Positions 38,443 to 50,443 of a stretch of DNA of 64,000 nt are shown piece after piece. The notes under the pieces were generated by a model. That model had not been told where the DNA came from. It saw only the letters and a list, made by a program, of their open reading frames with translations, and did not search any database. The number at the start of each line of letters is the position of its first letter. The first letter of the stretch is position 1. Source of the stretch: Squalus acanthias (lineage: Eukaryota); the NCBI GenBank assembly GCA_030390025.1, contig CM059432.1, forward strand, positions 33,172,001 to 33,236,000, read 5' to 3'. The position numbers and the translations under genes were made by a program.

Positions 38443-41400
38443 CATAGAGTTATACAGCACAGAAAGAGGCCCTTCGGCCCATCGTGTCCGCGCCGGCCAT
38501 CAAGCCCATTTTCCAGCACTTGGTCCGTAGCATTGTATGCTATGGAGTTTCAAGTGCTCATCTAAATGCTTCTTGAATGTTGTGAGGGTTCTTGCCTCTA
38601 CCACCCTTTCAGGCAGTGAGTTCCAGATTCCAACCACCCTCTGGGTGAAAAGGTTTTTCCTCAAATCCCCTTACCTTGAAACTATGCCCCCTGGTTATTG
38701 ACCCCTCTACTAAGGGGAAAAGTTCCTTTCTATCTACCCTATCTATGCCCCTCATAATTTTGTACACCTCAATCAGGTCCCCCCTCAGCCTTCTCTGCTC
38801 TAAGGAAAACAACCCCAGCCTGTCTAGTCTCTCTTCATAGCTGAAGCACTGCAGCCCAGGTAACATCCTGGTGAATCTCCTCTGCACCCTCTCCAATGCA
38901 ATCACATCCTTTCTATAGTGTGGCGACCAGAACTGCACACAGTATTCCAGCTGTGGCCTAACTAGCGTTTTGTACAGCTCCATCATAACCTCCCTGCTCT
39001 TATAGTCTATGCCTCGGCTAATGAAGGCAAGTATCCCATATGCCTTTTTAACCACCTTATCTACCTGTCCTGCTGCCTTCAGGGATCTATGTACATGCAC
39101 ACCAAGGTCCCTCTGATCCTCTGTCCTTCCTAGGGTCCTACCATTCATTGTGTATTCCCTTTCCTTGTTAGTCCTCCCAAAATGCATCACCTCACACTTT
39201 TCAGGGTTAAATTCCATTTGCCACTGTTCTGCCCATCTGACCAACCCGTCTATATCGTCCTGTAGCCTGAGGCTTCCCTCTGCTATTTACCACCCCACCA
39301 AATTTTGTGTCATCTGCAAACTTACTGATCATACCTCCTACATTCATATCTAAATCATTAATGTACACTACAAACAGCAAAGGACCCAGCACCAATCCCT
39401 GCAGTACGCCACTGGACACAGGCTTCCAGTCACAAAAACAACCTTCGACCATCACCCTCTGCCTCCTGCCACTAAGCCAATTTTGGATCCAATGTGCCAA
39501 GTTGCCCTGGATCCCATGGGCTTTTACCTTCTTGACCAGTCTCCCATGCAGGACTTTGTCAAAAGCCTTACTGAAATCCATGTAGACTACATCAACTGCA
39601 CTACCCTCATCCACACACCTAGTCACCCCCTCTCAAAATTCAATCAAATTGGTCGGATATGATCTCCCCCTGACAAAGCTATGCTGACTATCCTTGATTA
39701 ATCCCTGCCTCTCCAAGTGGAGACTAATTCTGTCCCTCAGAACTTTTTCCAATAATTTCCCTACCACTGATGTTAGGCTCACTGGCTTGTAATTCCCTGG
39801 TTTACCCCTACTACCCTTCTTGAATAATGGTACTACGTTAGCTGTTCCAGTTCTCTGGCACCTCCCCTGTGGCCAGAGAGGTTCTGAAAATTTGTGTCAG
39901 AGCCCCTGCAATCTCCTCCCTTGCCTCACACAGCAGCCTGGGATACATCTCGTCTGGGCCTGGGGATTTATCCACTATTCAGCCCACTAAAACCACTAGT
40001 ACCTCCTCCCTCTCAATACTAATTTGTTCAAGTATATCACAATCCCCCTGCCTGATTTCTATGCCTACATCGTCCTTCTCCATAGTGAACACAGATGCAA
40101 AATATTCATTTAAAACCCCACCTACATCTTCTGGCTCTACACACAGATTGCCACTTTGGTGCCTAATGGGCCCTACTCTTTCCCTGGTTATCCTCTTGCC
40201 CTTAATATACTTATAAAACACCTTGGGATTTTCCTTTATTTTGCCCGCCAGTGTTATTTCATGCCCCCTCTTTGCTCTCCTAATTTCTTTAAGTACCCCC
40301 CCTGCACTTTCTATACTCCTCTAGGTCTTCCACTGTTTTTAGTCCTTTGTATCTGCCAAAAGCCTCCCTTATTTTTCCTAATCCATTCTCGTATATCCCT
40401 TGACATCCAGGGTTCCCTGGGCTTGTTGGTCCCACCCTTGACCTTTACGGGAACATGTTGCCGTTGTACTCTCTCTATTTCCTTTCTGAAAGACTCCCAC
40501 TGCTCTGATGTGGATTTTCCTACAAGTAGCTGATCCCAGTCCACTTTGGCGAGATCCTGCCTTATCATATTAAAATCGGCCTTCCCCCAATTTAGAACCT
40601 TTGGGCTGGATTTTCAATGACCCGTGGGGTCGGGTTTGGAGGGTTAAAATAGCGCAAAGTGGTGGGCAGACCTGATCCCGACTCCATTCCGCCTCCACGC
40701 AATTGACAAAATCGGTCGCGGTGTTCCCGACTCCAAGAGGCGGGAGAGGCCATTAAAGCCCTTAACAAGCCCTAAATTGGCTCTGCCATTTTGAAACGTT
40801 TTAGCTAGTTTAACCCTTTTCCGACGTGAAGCACGCCTGATGTGAAACACGCCAGTGAAACCTGGCGTGAGCACAAGTGGATCACTGACAATCAGCTGCA
40901 GGTCCACTATTACAACGGAGATGTGATGAAGGTAGTAGTAGTATTAGGTCTGAAAGTCGCCTCTGATGCTGCTGCATTGAATGTCGTCAGAGACTGCCTG
41001 GCCTTGCTGAGAGGACCTGGATGCAAAAAAAAACTCACTCTCTCTCTCTCTCTCTCTCTCCCCCAAAGGTCAGGCAGTCTCTGACTTGCAATGCAGCAGC
41101 AATGACGACATCATCAGAGGCGACTTTCAGACTGAAACCACTAATTAGTTCATGGGTTCCCACATGCTGGAACTCAATTGCCCAATTAGCTGAAAATTGC
41201 ATCCATCTCCCACATCCAATTCCAGTCGGGTGGATAACACGACCCCAACCCGCCCCAGTATCAAAATCCAGCCCTTTATCCAGCTTTGTCCTTTTCCATG
41301 ACTACCTTAAATCTCACCGCATTATGGTCACTGTCACCAAAATGCTCTCCTAACACTTCTACCATTTGCCCGGCTACATTCCCTAGAATTAGGTCCAGTA

Positions 41401-42666
41401 CCGCCCCCTCTCTTCTAGGACTTTCTACATGCTGGCTCAAAAAGCTCTCCTGGATGCATTTTAAAAATTCCGTACCCTCTAAGCCTTTCACACTCTGACT
41501 ATCCCAGTTAATATTGGGAAGTTGAAATCCCCTACTATTATTACCCTATTATTTGTACGCTTCTCTGAGATTTGCCTACACACCTGTTCCTCTATCTCCC
41601 CGACTGTTTGGGGGCCGATAGTACACTCCCAGCAAAGTGCTTGCCCCCTTTTTGTTTTTAAGTTCTACCCATATGGCCTCATTAGAGGAACCTGCTAAGA
41701 TATCATCCCTCCTTACTGCAGTAATTGACTCCTTGATTAATATTGCGACACCCCCTCCTCTTTTACACCCCCCTGTGTCTCGCCTGAAGATTGTATACCC
41801 CGGAATATTGAGCTGCCAGTCCTGCCCCTCCCTCAACCATGTCTCTGTGATAGCAACAATATCATACTCCCATGTGTTCATCAACACCTTCAATTCATCT
41901 GCCTCACTCTCAAGACTCCTTGCATTAAAATGAATGCCATCCAGCCTTGCCATACTCCTTTGTGCCATTACATATTTGCTCTGCCTTCCAGGCTGACTTG
42001 TTTTTTCCCCCCCTCTATATTTGGCTGTGCATCACCCCCTACTATAGCTCCACTCCGTATCCCACCCCCCTGCCAAGTTAGTTTAAACCCCCCCCCCACC
42101 CCGTACTAGCAAACCTCCCCAGAAGGATGTTGGTCCCGGTCCGGTTCAGTCCGACTTGTACAGGTCCCACCTTCCCCAGAAGCAGACCCAGTGATCCAGG
42201 AAGCTAAAGCCCTCCCTCCTGCACCAACTCTTTAGCCACACATTCATCTGCTCTATTCTCCTATTCCTATACGCACTAGCACGTGGCACCGGGAGTAATC
42301 CAGAGATTACAACCTTTGAGGTCCTGCTTTCTAATCTGCTACCTAGCTCCCTAAATTCTTGTTGCAGGACCTCATCCCTCTTGCTACGCATGTCGTTGGT
42401 ACCAATGTGAACCACGACCTCTGACTGTTCGCCCTCCCCCTTCAGAATGCCCTGCAGCCGTTCAGTGACATCCTTGACCCTGGCACCAGGGAGGCAACAT
42501 ACCATCCTGGAGTCACGTATGCGGCCACAGAAACATCTATCTCTTCCCCTTACGATAGAATCCCCTATCACTATTGCACTCCCACTCTTTTTCCTCCCCT
42601 CCTGTGCAGCTGAGCCAGTCGTAGTGCCACGGACTTGGCTCTTGCTGCATTCCCATGAGAAACCAT
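38443..42666 (-). mobile_element. Near full-length CR1 LINE (ORF1 esterase, ORF2 EN-RT, 3'UTR), several frameshifts
   Basis: IVIGDSIVRG..CLPGARV..VVHIGTND (SGNH); [57 protein letters not shown]. Confidence 0.95.
40603..41274. mobile_element. Harbinger-derived MITE in CR1 ORF2
   Basis: 12-bp TIRs gggctggatttt / aaaatccagccc, 3-bp TSD TTT; right ~190 bp homologous to 43580-43776. Confidence 0.9.
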
Positions 42667-42825
42667 CTCTCCCCCTCCCCCCCCCTCTCCCCCCTCCCCC
42701 CCCCACTCTCCCCTCCCCCCCCTCTCCCCCTCCCCCCCCCCTCTCCCCCTCCCCTCTCCCCCTCCCCCCCCCTCTCCCCCTCCCCCCCCCCCCCCTCTCC
42801 CCCTCCCCCCCCCCCCCCCCCCCCC

Positions 42826-42877
<52 letters not shown>
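42667..42877. repeat. Poly-C / (C)nT low-complexity tract
   Basis: About 210 bp of almost only C with sparse T, ending in a pure C run of about 50 nt. Confidence 0.95.
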
Positions 42878-42878
<1 letters not shown>

Positions 42879-43776
42879 TCCTCGATCCCGGCGATTTCCA
42901 GGGCCGCCTCCTCCCAGGCGGTGAGCTGGGCTACTGAGGGTGGCCCTCCTCCTGTCATGGCTCTTTCCCTGCAATGAGGGACACAAGTGGAGTTGGAGTG
43001 AGTGTAGAGAATCCATAGCATAGATGCTTAGAAGGAGACAAAGGACCCGCCTTGTGTGTTGTAAGTTGTTGTCGTTGCATCACAGTGATAGGGAGTGTGA
43101 GGGCTGCATGGTCAAATAGTTAAGTGAATGTGACCATAGAGAGAGAGGGAATTGGTAAGGGTGCAGGGATGTAAGTGTCAAGTGGGATGTGGAGGAAAGA
43201 GGTTGGCAAAGCAGAGTGCTGGTGAGGAGAGGCGATGGGGATCAGATTGAGGGTGATAGGAAAGTCATACTCACTTTTCCTGTGTGGTCATGAAACCTCT
43301 TCCTGCATTGCAGCCAGGTTCTGCGCCTCATCGATATGGAGTTTACCTCCTGGGCCACTTGCAGCCACACAGCTTTAGTCTGCTGGGGTGGCTTTTTTCT
43401 CCCTGAGGAAGGGAAGAGCACCTCCTTATTCGATCTTGCTCCCTCCACCAGAGCTTGGAGGGAGGGCTCATCAAAGCGTGGAGCACACTTTGGCCTACTG
43501 GTGGACATAGTCGATCAATGAAGTGCTTGCTACAATGGCTATAAAGTTTGCAGAAGAAGCAAGGCTGCTTGCAGGCCTTAAATCCAGCAGCATTGATGAC
43601 GTCATCGGAGGCGACTTTCTGTATGAAAAGACTCATTGGGCCAGGGGTTCCCACATGCTGGAAATCAATTGCCCAATTAGGGGAAAATCGCACTTTTTCC
43701 CCACTTCGGAGTCGGGGTCCTGACACGATTTCCACCTGACACGCCCCAGCCCGCCCACACTAGCAAAATTGAGCCC
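42878..43776 (-). mobile_element. Harbinger end with Myb/SANT exon 1 (43508-43275) and part of exon 2
   Basis: MSTSRPKCAPRFDE..FPSSGRKKPP..WLQCRKRFHD|gtgagt; RAMTGGGPP; TIR aaaattgagccc. Confidence 0.88.
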
Positions 43777-45189
43777 TATGTCTTTGAAAAATGTGACACA
43801 ATTCAGATAATTGCCCCAAAACATCATCCAGCACACAGTGCAATATGAAACTACGGATCTGTAAGCTTTTTGAGACACTACTTTGCTGTAGGATCATTAT
43901 TATCATTGGCTTCCTCCTTGCTGTAGTCTAACTAGTACATCGTAATTTCTCAGGGCATTTACAGCAAATTTACGTGATAACCAGCGCACTTCATTCGAAG
44001 GCCTGAATGCTAATGTATCAACTTCCAAAACATTGGCTAATTCCTCAAACGTAGCTTTCTTAACAGATGATCTGCTAAATATTGCATATGCAGTTTGTAT
44101 TAATGTTTCCACTTCTTTCATTATTGGTACATGATTTCAAGCCTCATCGATTCCCAGATCTTCTCTACGGGCAATACAGTGTTGTTCCAGTAAGTGCAGT
44201 GCGCACTCTCTAAGCTGCACTGTTACCTACCTAGCATGACAGATGCACCATCTGAAGTTAGCATCACCATGCTTTGTAGATCCCGATTGTGATCCATGTA
44301 GAATTGCTTGATAGCATCTGTAATATTCCGAGCATTACATGCAGTTAACTGGATAATGCCAGCAAACAGTCTTGTGGCTGACCTCGTTCTGCTCTGGAAA
44401 CTTCATGTACAAAATTAACATTTTATGCACAGCAATGTTGGTGCTCTCGTCAACTATCAGCTTATGAACTCGGGAATTGCGTTCAGCTGCCATTACCTCG
44501 TTTTGGATTACAGTGTTAATAGACTGTACAAATTCAAAGGCATAGTTCTTGCTTCTCCAGCTGGTAGAAAGATGAACATATTTCGCTATGTGGTCGTTAA
44601 TTTGCTGCACCAATAACACGGATGCATTTATTTTTATAGCAAGGAGCACATTGTCAATCAGAATTTTTATTTTGTCCAGATTTGCTCGCTGACGTTCCCC
44701 CATTTCAATGCCCTGCTGTCATTTTTCAGAAGACTCTGCAAATAAACGCTGAATTCCGATGCTACGTTTCCGGTTGCATCAACATGACCTTTTTGAACTT
44801 AGCGGCATTTCAGATAGTCTAGTTTCCATTCAGTCCATTTTTTACCACTTGTAAATTCTCTATGAACTTTGGCTTCAGAACATAATTTACACACAACCCC
44901 GACAATCACTGACTACTGAAAAATGTCTCCCAGTTTCAAAAAGCCCCCTCCAGAGACATGGTTGTTTGGGTTTCCACAATTTTCAAAAGCTAATCCTCTA
45001 AATGTTGAACAGCATTTTTTCCTGAACCACTCTTGATGCCTGGGCTCCTGCCTTTCGCTTGGACATGGAATTAGGCAAAAACGGCAACAGTTATCAACTG
45101 ACGAAGTTGTGAGCGGCCTGTTTATTTCAATGTGGTACATTCCAGATTGCTGTGCGGCCGCACACGCGCGCATCTTGGGGGGATCATTG
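43777..45189 (-). mobile_element. hAT transposon 5' part with degenerate ZNF862/C17orf113-like transposase
   Basis: KLIVDESTNIA, FSRSSVK..EVRWLSR motifs; minus-strand terminus CAATGATCCCCCCAAGATGCGCG resembles Tip100-group ends. Confidence 0.8.
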
Positions 45190-45407
45190 GTCGGGAGGTA
45201 CAGCACAAAAATAATGCGGGCAGCTGATGACCTGGGCAATCCCTCACCCTGCCAGACCTTCCTTCCTGCTGGCTGGGTTGGCTTTTGTTGCCCAATATTG
45301 CACGGACGGGTTTGGCGTCTGCAGCTCACCGACGGCATTGTAATGAGGCCCGGGCCTCAAAATAGCGAGCCGTCATGTTCCAATGTCGCTTGGATTGCAG
45401 CAAGCTT

Positions 45408-46380
45408 TCATAGAATTACATAGAATCTACAGCACAGAAACAGGCCATTCGACCCAACCAGTTCATGCTGCACTCGAGCCTCCTCCCGTCTTTCCTCATC
45501 TAACTCTATCAGCATAACCCTCTATTCCCTTCTCCCTCATATGCTTATCTAGCTTCCCCTTAAATGTATCTATTCGCATCAACTACTCCCTGTGGTCGTG
45601 AGTTCCACATTCTCACCACTCTCTGGGTAAAGAAGTTTCTTCTGAATTCCCTATTTGACTATCTTATATTGATGGCTTCTAATTTTGCACTTCCCCACAA
45701 GTGGAAACACATACTCTATCAAAACCTTTCATAATTTTAAAGATCAATACTAGGTCACCCCTCAGCCTTCTCTTAGAGTTCCAGCCTGTTCATCCTTTCC
45801 TGATAGGTATAACCTCGCATTTCTAGTATCTTCCTTGTAAATCATTTTTGCACCCCCTCCAGTGCCCCTCTATCCTTTCTATACATTATACACAATACTC
45901 CAAGTGTGGTCTTACCAAGGTTCGATGCAGGTTTAGCATAATTTCTCTACTTTTCAATTCTATCCCTCTAGAAATAAACCCCAGTGCTTGGTTTGCTTTT
46001 TTTGTGACCTTATTACCCTTCGTTGCTACTTTAAGTGATTTTGTGTATTTGTACTCCCAGATCCCTTTGCTCCTCTACCCCATTTAGATTCTTATTTTTC
46101 TAAGTAATGTGATCTCCTTATTTTTCTTACCTCATACTTATCTGTGTTGAAATTCACTTGCCAATTATATGTCCATTCTACAAGTTTATTCCTGTCTTGT
46201 AATTTGTTGCAATCCTCCTCAGTATTTACTATCCCTCCCAAATTTGGTGTCATCTGCAAATTTAGAAATTGTGTTTTTGAATCCAAAGTCTAAATTGGTG
46301 ATATAAATTGTGAACAACAGTGGTCCCAGCACTGATCCTTGTGGGACCCCACTTTCCACTGTCTGCCACACTTTCAAACT
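45408..46380 (-). mobile_element. Degenerate CR1 3' part
   Basis: [23 protein letters not shown] and a CR1 3' tail. Confidence 0.85.
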
Positions 46381-48570
46381 GCCCTTGGATGCATTCCTCT
46401 GCCCCAGCGCCACTGAGATGGGAACCGGCTGTGTGTGGGAAACAGGTCTTTCTTGAATGTTGCTGCCAATAGCTGCAGGAATAATCATACTGAACCCACA
46501 TGCTTTCTTGTGCAATGCTTTTAATTTGTCAATAGAATGGTTGACGGTGTCAAAGACAACAAAGTAGTGAAGGAGGAAGTCATGGTTGGTCACCCAAGAT
46601 GTCATTTGTGACTCGGACTGGTACAGTCCAAGTGCTGCGAGAAGGACAGAAGTCTGATTGAGAAGCTGAAACAGGAAGTGCTACAAGGCTAGTTGCGAGA
46701 CAACAATGCGTTCCAGGACTATTGGGGCAGAGACTGTAACGTCATTTAGAAGAGAACTGGATCAGTATTTGAAAAGTGAGAATATAAAAGTAAAGGGCAG
46801 GGAAATGGGATTAAAAAAGGCAATTACAGTTGAAGATTTAGTGTGGGTTCAGGTGTGGTGAGCTGAATGGCTCATCTGCTGTCGAGACTGATTCTAATGA
46901 TTCTTATTTTTTCCCCCAATAGGTGCATGGCTAGGATTGCAGTCTATGGATTAAGGCCAGATTTCTGGTAATCTTCACTACTTGACATCTGTTGTTTCGA
47001 TCCATTTGAGATGTGATTTGAAACTTCAAGAGAATGATACTGTAGACTCATTGAGCGGTAAGGCATATATTGGAATTGATACATCATCACATCTGCTTCA
47101 ACTACCTTCCATGGCCTTGCTCCACCCAACTCTCAACCTCCTCTAGCCCAACATCTCTGCTCACACCCTCTGCCCTTCCAATGCTGGTCTGTGTGTTCCC
47201 TCCCCACTCTGATTTAACATTGGTGACAGACCCATCAAAGTCATCTTCCTCTCCACAATCGAGAACAATCTCCCTTTGCCTTGCTACAACTCTCTCCTTA
47301 AAAAGTGCTTCTTCAATGACACCTTTGTCCAACTTCTCTAATTTTCCTCCCTCCTCCCACCTGAATCTGACCTACTCAACTGTGAAGCACCTGTGTTAAA
47401 GCGGCTATATAAATGTTTCATCGTTAGTAGCTGCACTTGCCACTTTGGAATTGCTCTTGGGCAGCTGGGATTGGGATGCAATGAAATTTAGATGGTCCTA
47501 GATGGACAAGCAGTGAACTGTGATAAGTTGTGTGGTGTTAGCCAGTTAAAGGCCAAAGGTAGCCCAACGCACACTTGAAGGTCCCTAAAGTTTGCTTTTG
47601 CCAATGTGCCCTTTCATTTAGGGATTATTTATAAATGCCTTAATTTTTCCCAATTAAACTCATTATGGTGAATCACATGATTCACATGCCTTTAAATTAT
47701 TGGTACGACATATACATGGCATGGCTTTTGCCCGGCAGTAATAGTACTGAAAAAGCATAACAAAGCTTTTAACTCATTGCAATGTGCCCCCCCCCCCTTA
47801 CTTGTGGTTTGGGTGCACCTCAGCAATAATCAAAAAACTCCAACATGTAATGGTAGTTGTGTGGTAATTTGCATTTTATTTATTGGTGAGTGAGCAGCCA
47901 GCCTGGTTCACTGATGGGAATCTAGAGTGGTAGACCTATAGCTGAGAGCTAGAATTTTTCCTATTTACCTCCAGGTAATCCGAATGCGTTAACAGGGTAG
48001 TGCTAGCTAGACAAGTCGAGGCAACTTTAGCAGTGGCTTGTGCCAGTACATTCACTATTTGAGCCAGTTACATTCCAATGGCACTCCAAGCCTTGGTTGT
48101 TGCCAAACTCTGGACTTGAGTAAGTGTAACATGTTCCTGTTTGGGGGGGGGATTGTGACACCACATCAGACTAACAGAAACTTTACGATCTGGATTTCAC
48201 AATTAGTTTGATTTGGACACTCGAGGATGGTGACAGGTTTCCTGATTGTCACACAACTGGCTGACCATAATTAAAATGATGCAGGAGAGCTGTCAAGTAG
48301 GGAGCAACAGCAATGTATTCTGAGAAGTATGGCACTCCCAAGAAGAGGTTGCAAAGTGAGATTAGCAGGAACTCCTGCACAAAACAGAAGCAAAATTAAG
48401 TTAATTTTTGTTGAAAAATATTTTTAATTTTAAATGGGAAAGAAAAAAGGAGGGGAAAAATTAGTGCTTTTTTGAGATACCCATGTTTTTCCTTTTATTA
48501 AACCAGTAAACTCCCCTGAAAACAATCTGCTGAGGAAGATGAAGATTCTGATACTCAGTTGAGCCACAGA

Positions 48571-48711
48571 ATGGACCCAAACTATCCAGTCCAGCGGGCC
48601 GATTCAGATACACTGCCACAAGGGTCCAGATTTTCTGTAAATTGGAATACGCCTTTCTCAAAGTCTACATCAAGCTCCAAAGAAGTCCTCAATTTGGGGC
48701 CCGAGGTTAAG
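48571..48711 (+). CDS. ALS2CL: ALS2 C-terminal-like protein, first coding exon (exon starts 48507; ATG at 48571)
   Basis: Acceptor ...ttttattaaaccag|48507, in-frame TGA at 48517, strong Kozak agaATGg, 47 codons MDPNYPVQRADSD...LGPEVK, donor AAG|gtaagt (phase 0) matching the next exon. This exon has no homology I recognise, so it is assigned by splice phase. Confidence 0.7.
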
Positions 48712-48785
48712 GTAAGTTGTAGAACCATACAAGACTGTATCATTTTCCCCACATCTAAAACTTTTTCTAGACAATTTTTTTTTTC

Positions 48786-49195
48786 ATGAACATAGGAGCA
48801 GGAGTAGGCTAATTAACCCCTCAAACCTGTTCTGCCTGTTCATGGCTGATCTGACCACTCCTCATTCCTTCTTAACTCCAGGGAATACATGCCAAGTTTA
48901 TGCAACTGGTCCTCATAATTTAACTCTTTACTCCCTGGTATAATTCTAGTGAATCTGCACTGTGCCCCTTCCAAGTCCAACACATCTTTTCTGCCCAATT
49001 GGACTGAAATATTCCAGATGGGGTCTGACCAAGGCTCTGTACAACTGAAACATAAATTCCTCTCCTTTGTATTCCAACATTCCATTAGCCTTTTTTAAAT
49101 TACATTTTGTACCTGTCCACTAAATTTTAGTGACCTGTGAACATGGGCACCTAAATTCTGCTGTTCCTCCACAGCTCCTAGTTTCTCACAATTGA
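48786..49195 (-). mobile_element. CR1 3' fragment in ALS2CL intron
   Basis: LEGAQCRFTRIIPG..LGMYSLELRR. Confidence 0.8.
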
Positions 49196-49850
49196 ACGGT
49201 GGAGTTTCCTCATGCCACAGAATCTCTCAAATTATGAAGAAGAGCCTTTCCATCTTTTCCACCCAGAATACCAACCCAACCCTTGTGTATTTGCTGATGC
49301 CCATCTGCCTAATTACACACTTCCTGTCGGGGGACTTCATTAGGTGACAGTGAAATAACTTGCATACCATAGGAAAGGGAAACCACTTAAGTGTACTAAA
49401 ATCAACTTGATGATAAAATGACTTCCTCCATATTGGTGTTGCAAGCTATCTGATGAACACTTACTATAGAATTGGATGGCACACGTCCATTTAAAATCAA
49501 TTTTATTTCCCTCCCATATATCCTCTTGTGTTTCTCTGTTTTATGAATACTATTATGGTCACTGCTCCTCTGATAAACTCCAAATCTGCTGTCCTATTTG
49601 CTCTTCTTTCTCCCTGTGTCCTCAAAGTGTTGAAATCAAGAGTCATTGCAGTGTCAACTACACAAACTTATTCATTTGCAGAACCTCAAAACCGTGGAAC
49701 TCCTCACCTCCTTCTCCAATATAAAGCCAAGCTGGGCATCACCCCAAACACTGTTTCTTCTCTCTTCAAACATAATGCAGTATTCTGCACTATGGACCCA
49801 GGCTTCTCCCTGAATATAGGAATTATTCTTGTTTTTTGTATTACTTAAAG

Positions 49851-49956
49851 GAGAAATGTCAAAGGGAAGCTGCCTACCTCTTCAAGTTGGAGCAGTCCTT
49901 CAAGAACTCACTGACTGATCTGAAAGCTTACATTCTGCGGCCTCTTGTCAAGGCCG
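49851..49956 (+). CDS. ALS2CL: ALS2CL coding exon 2
   Basis: ttacttaaag|GAG...GCCG|gtaagt. Encodes EKCQREAAYLFKLEQSFKNSLTDLKAYILRPLVKA, resembling the human ALS2CL N-terminus (EEAALLRLEEVF...VLQPLL) and the ALS2 DH domain (LSDIKSQILRPLL) as I recall them. Confidence 0.88.
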
Positions 49957-50443
49957 GTAAGTAACTGTCAGGTGTTGGGTGATTTTAAAGAGATTAAGAC
50001 TGGGCCAAAATGAACCCAAATGTCTTAGAGACTCCTCCCTCTGAGAACTCTTAGTAGTCTGCAATCTTTAAACCTTGCACCAGAATAGAAAGGCTCATCT
50101 CTAGGTGCCAACACATAGAACCATTGAGGGGAGGATGATGGATGAAGCTAAAGTACTGTACACTGGAAAATAAATAGGTCATGTATATACTATATAAATG
50201 ATGTTGACTAACTAGGATGAAATTGACAGAGGTGTTGGGGGTCTTGTTGGTTCTTAACATATCCATTCCCTGTGCAGTAACATAAATTTTGCTTCTGTGT
50301 AAATCTATTTCATCTAATAAATCTTAAATTTGCAGTTTTAGTAGCTAGAATGCTACATTATTTTATGTAAATTAGGATAATGCAAGTCACAGGATATTAT
50401 ACTGAAATTTCACAGAACTCAACTTACATTTATATGGAGATCC

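Noticed and set aside
42447..42977. Pro-rich (formin/extensin-like) and Gly-rich ORFs
   Set aside because: They are translations of the poly-C tract, not a real protein.
43903..44703. Domesticated ZNF862/C17orf113 gene
   Set aside because: Multiple frameshifts, truncation and a transposon terminus at 45189.
48628..48645. RFSVNW in exon 1, matching a hexapeptide I recall from the ALS2 PH domain
   Set aside because: No flanking similarity and the wrong position, so it is treated as coincidence.
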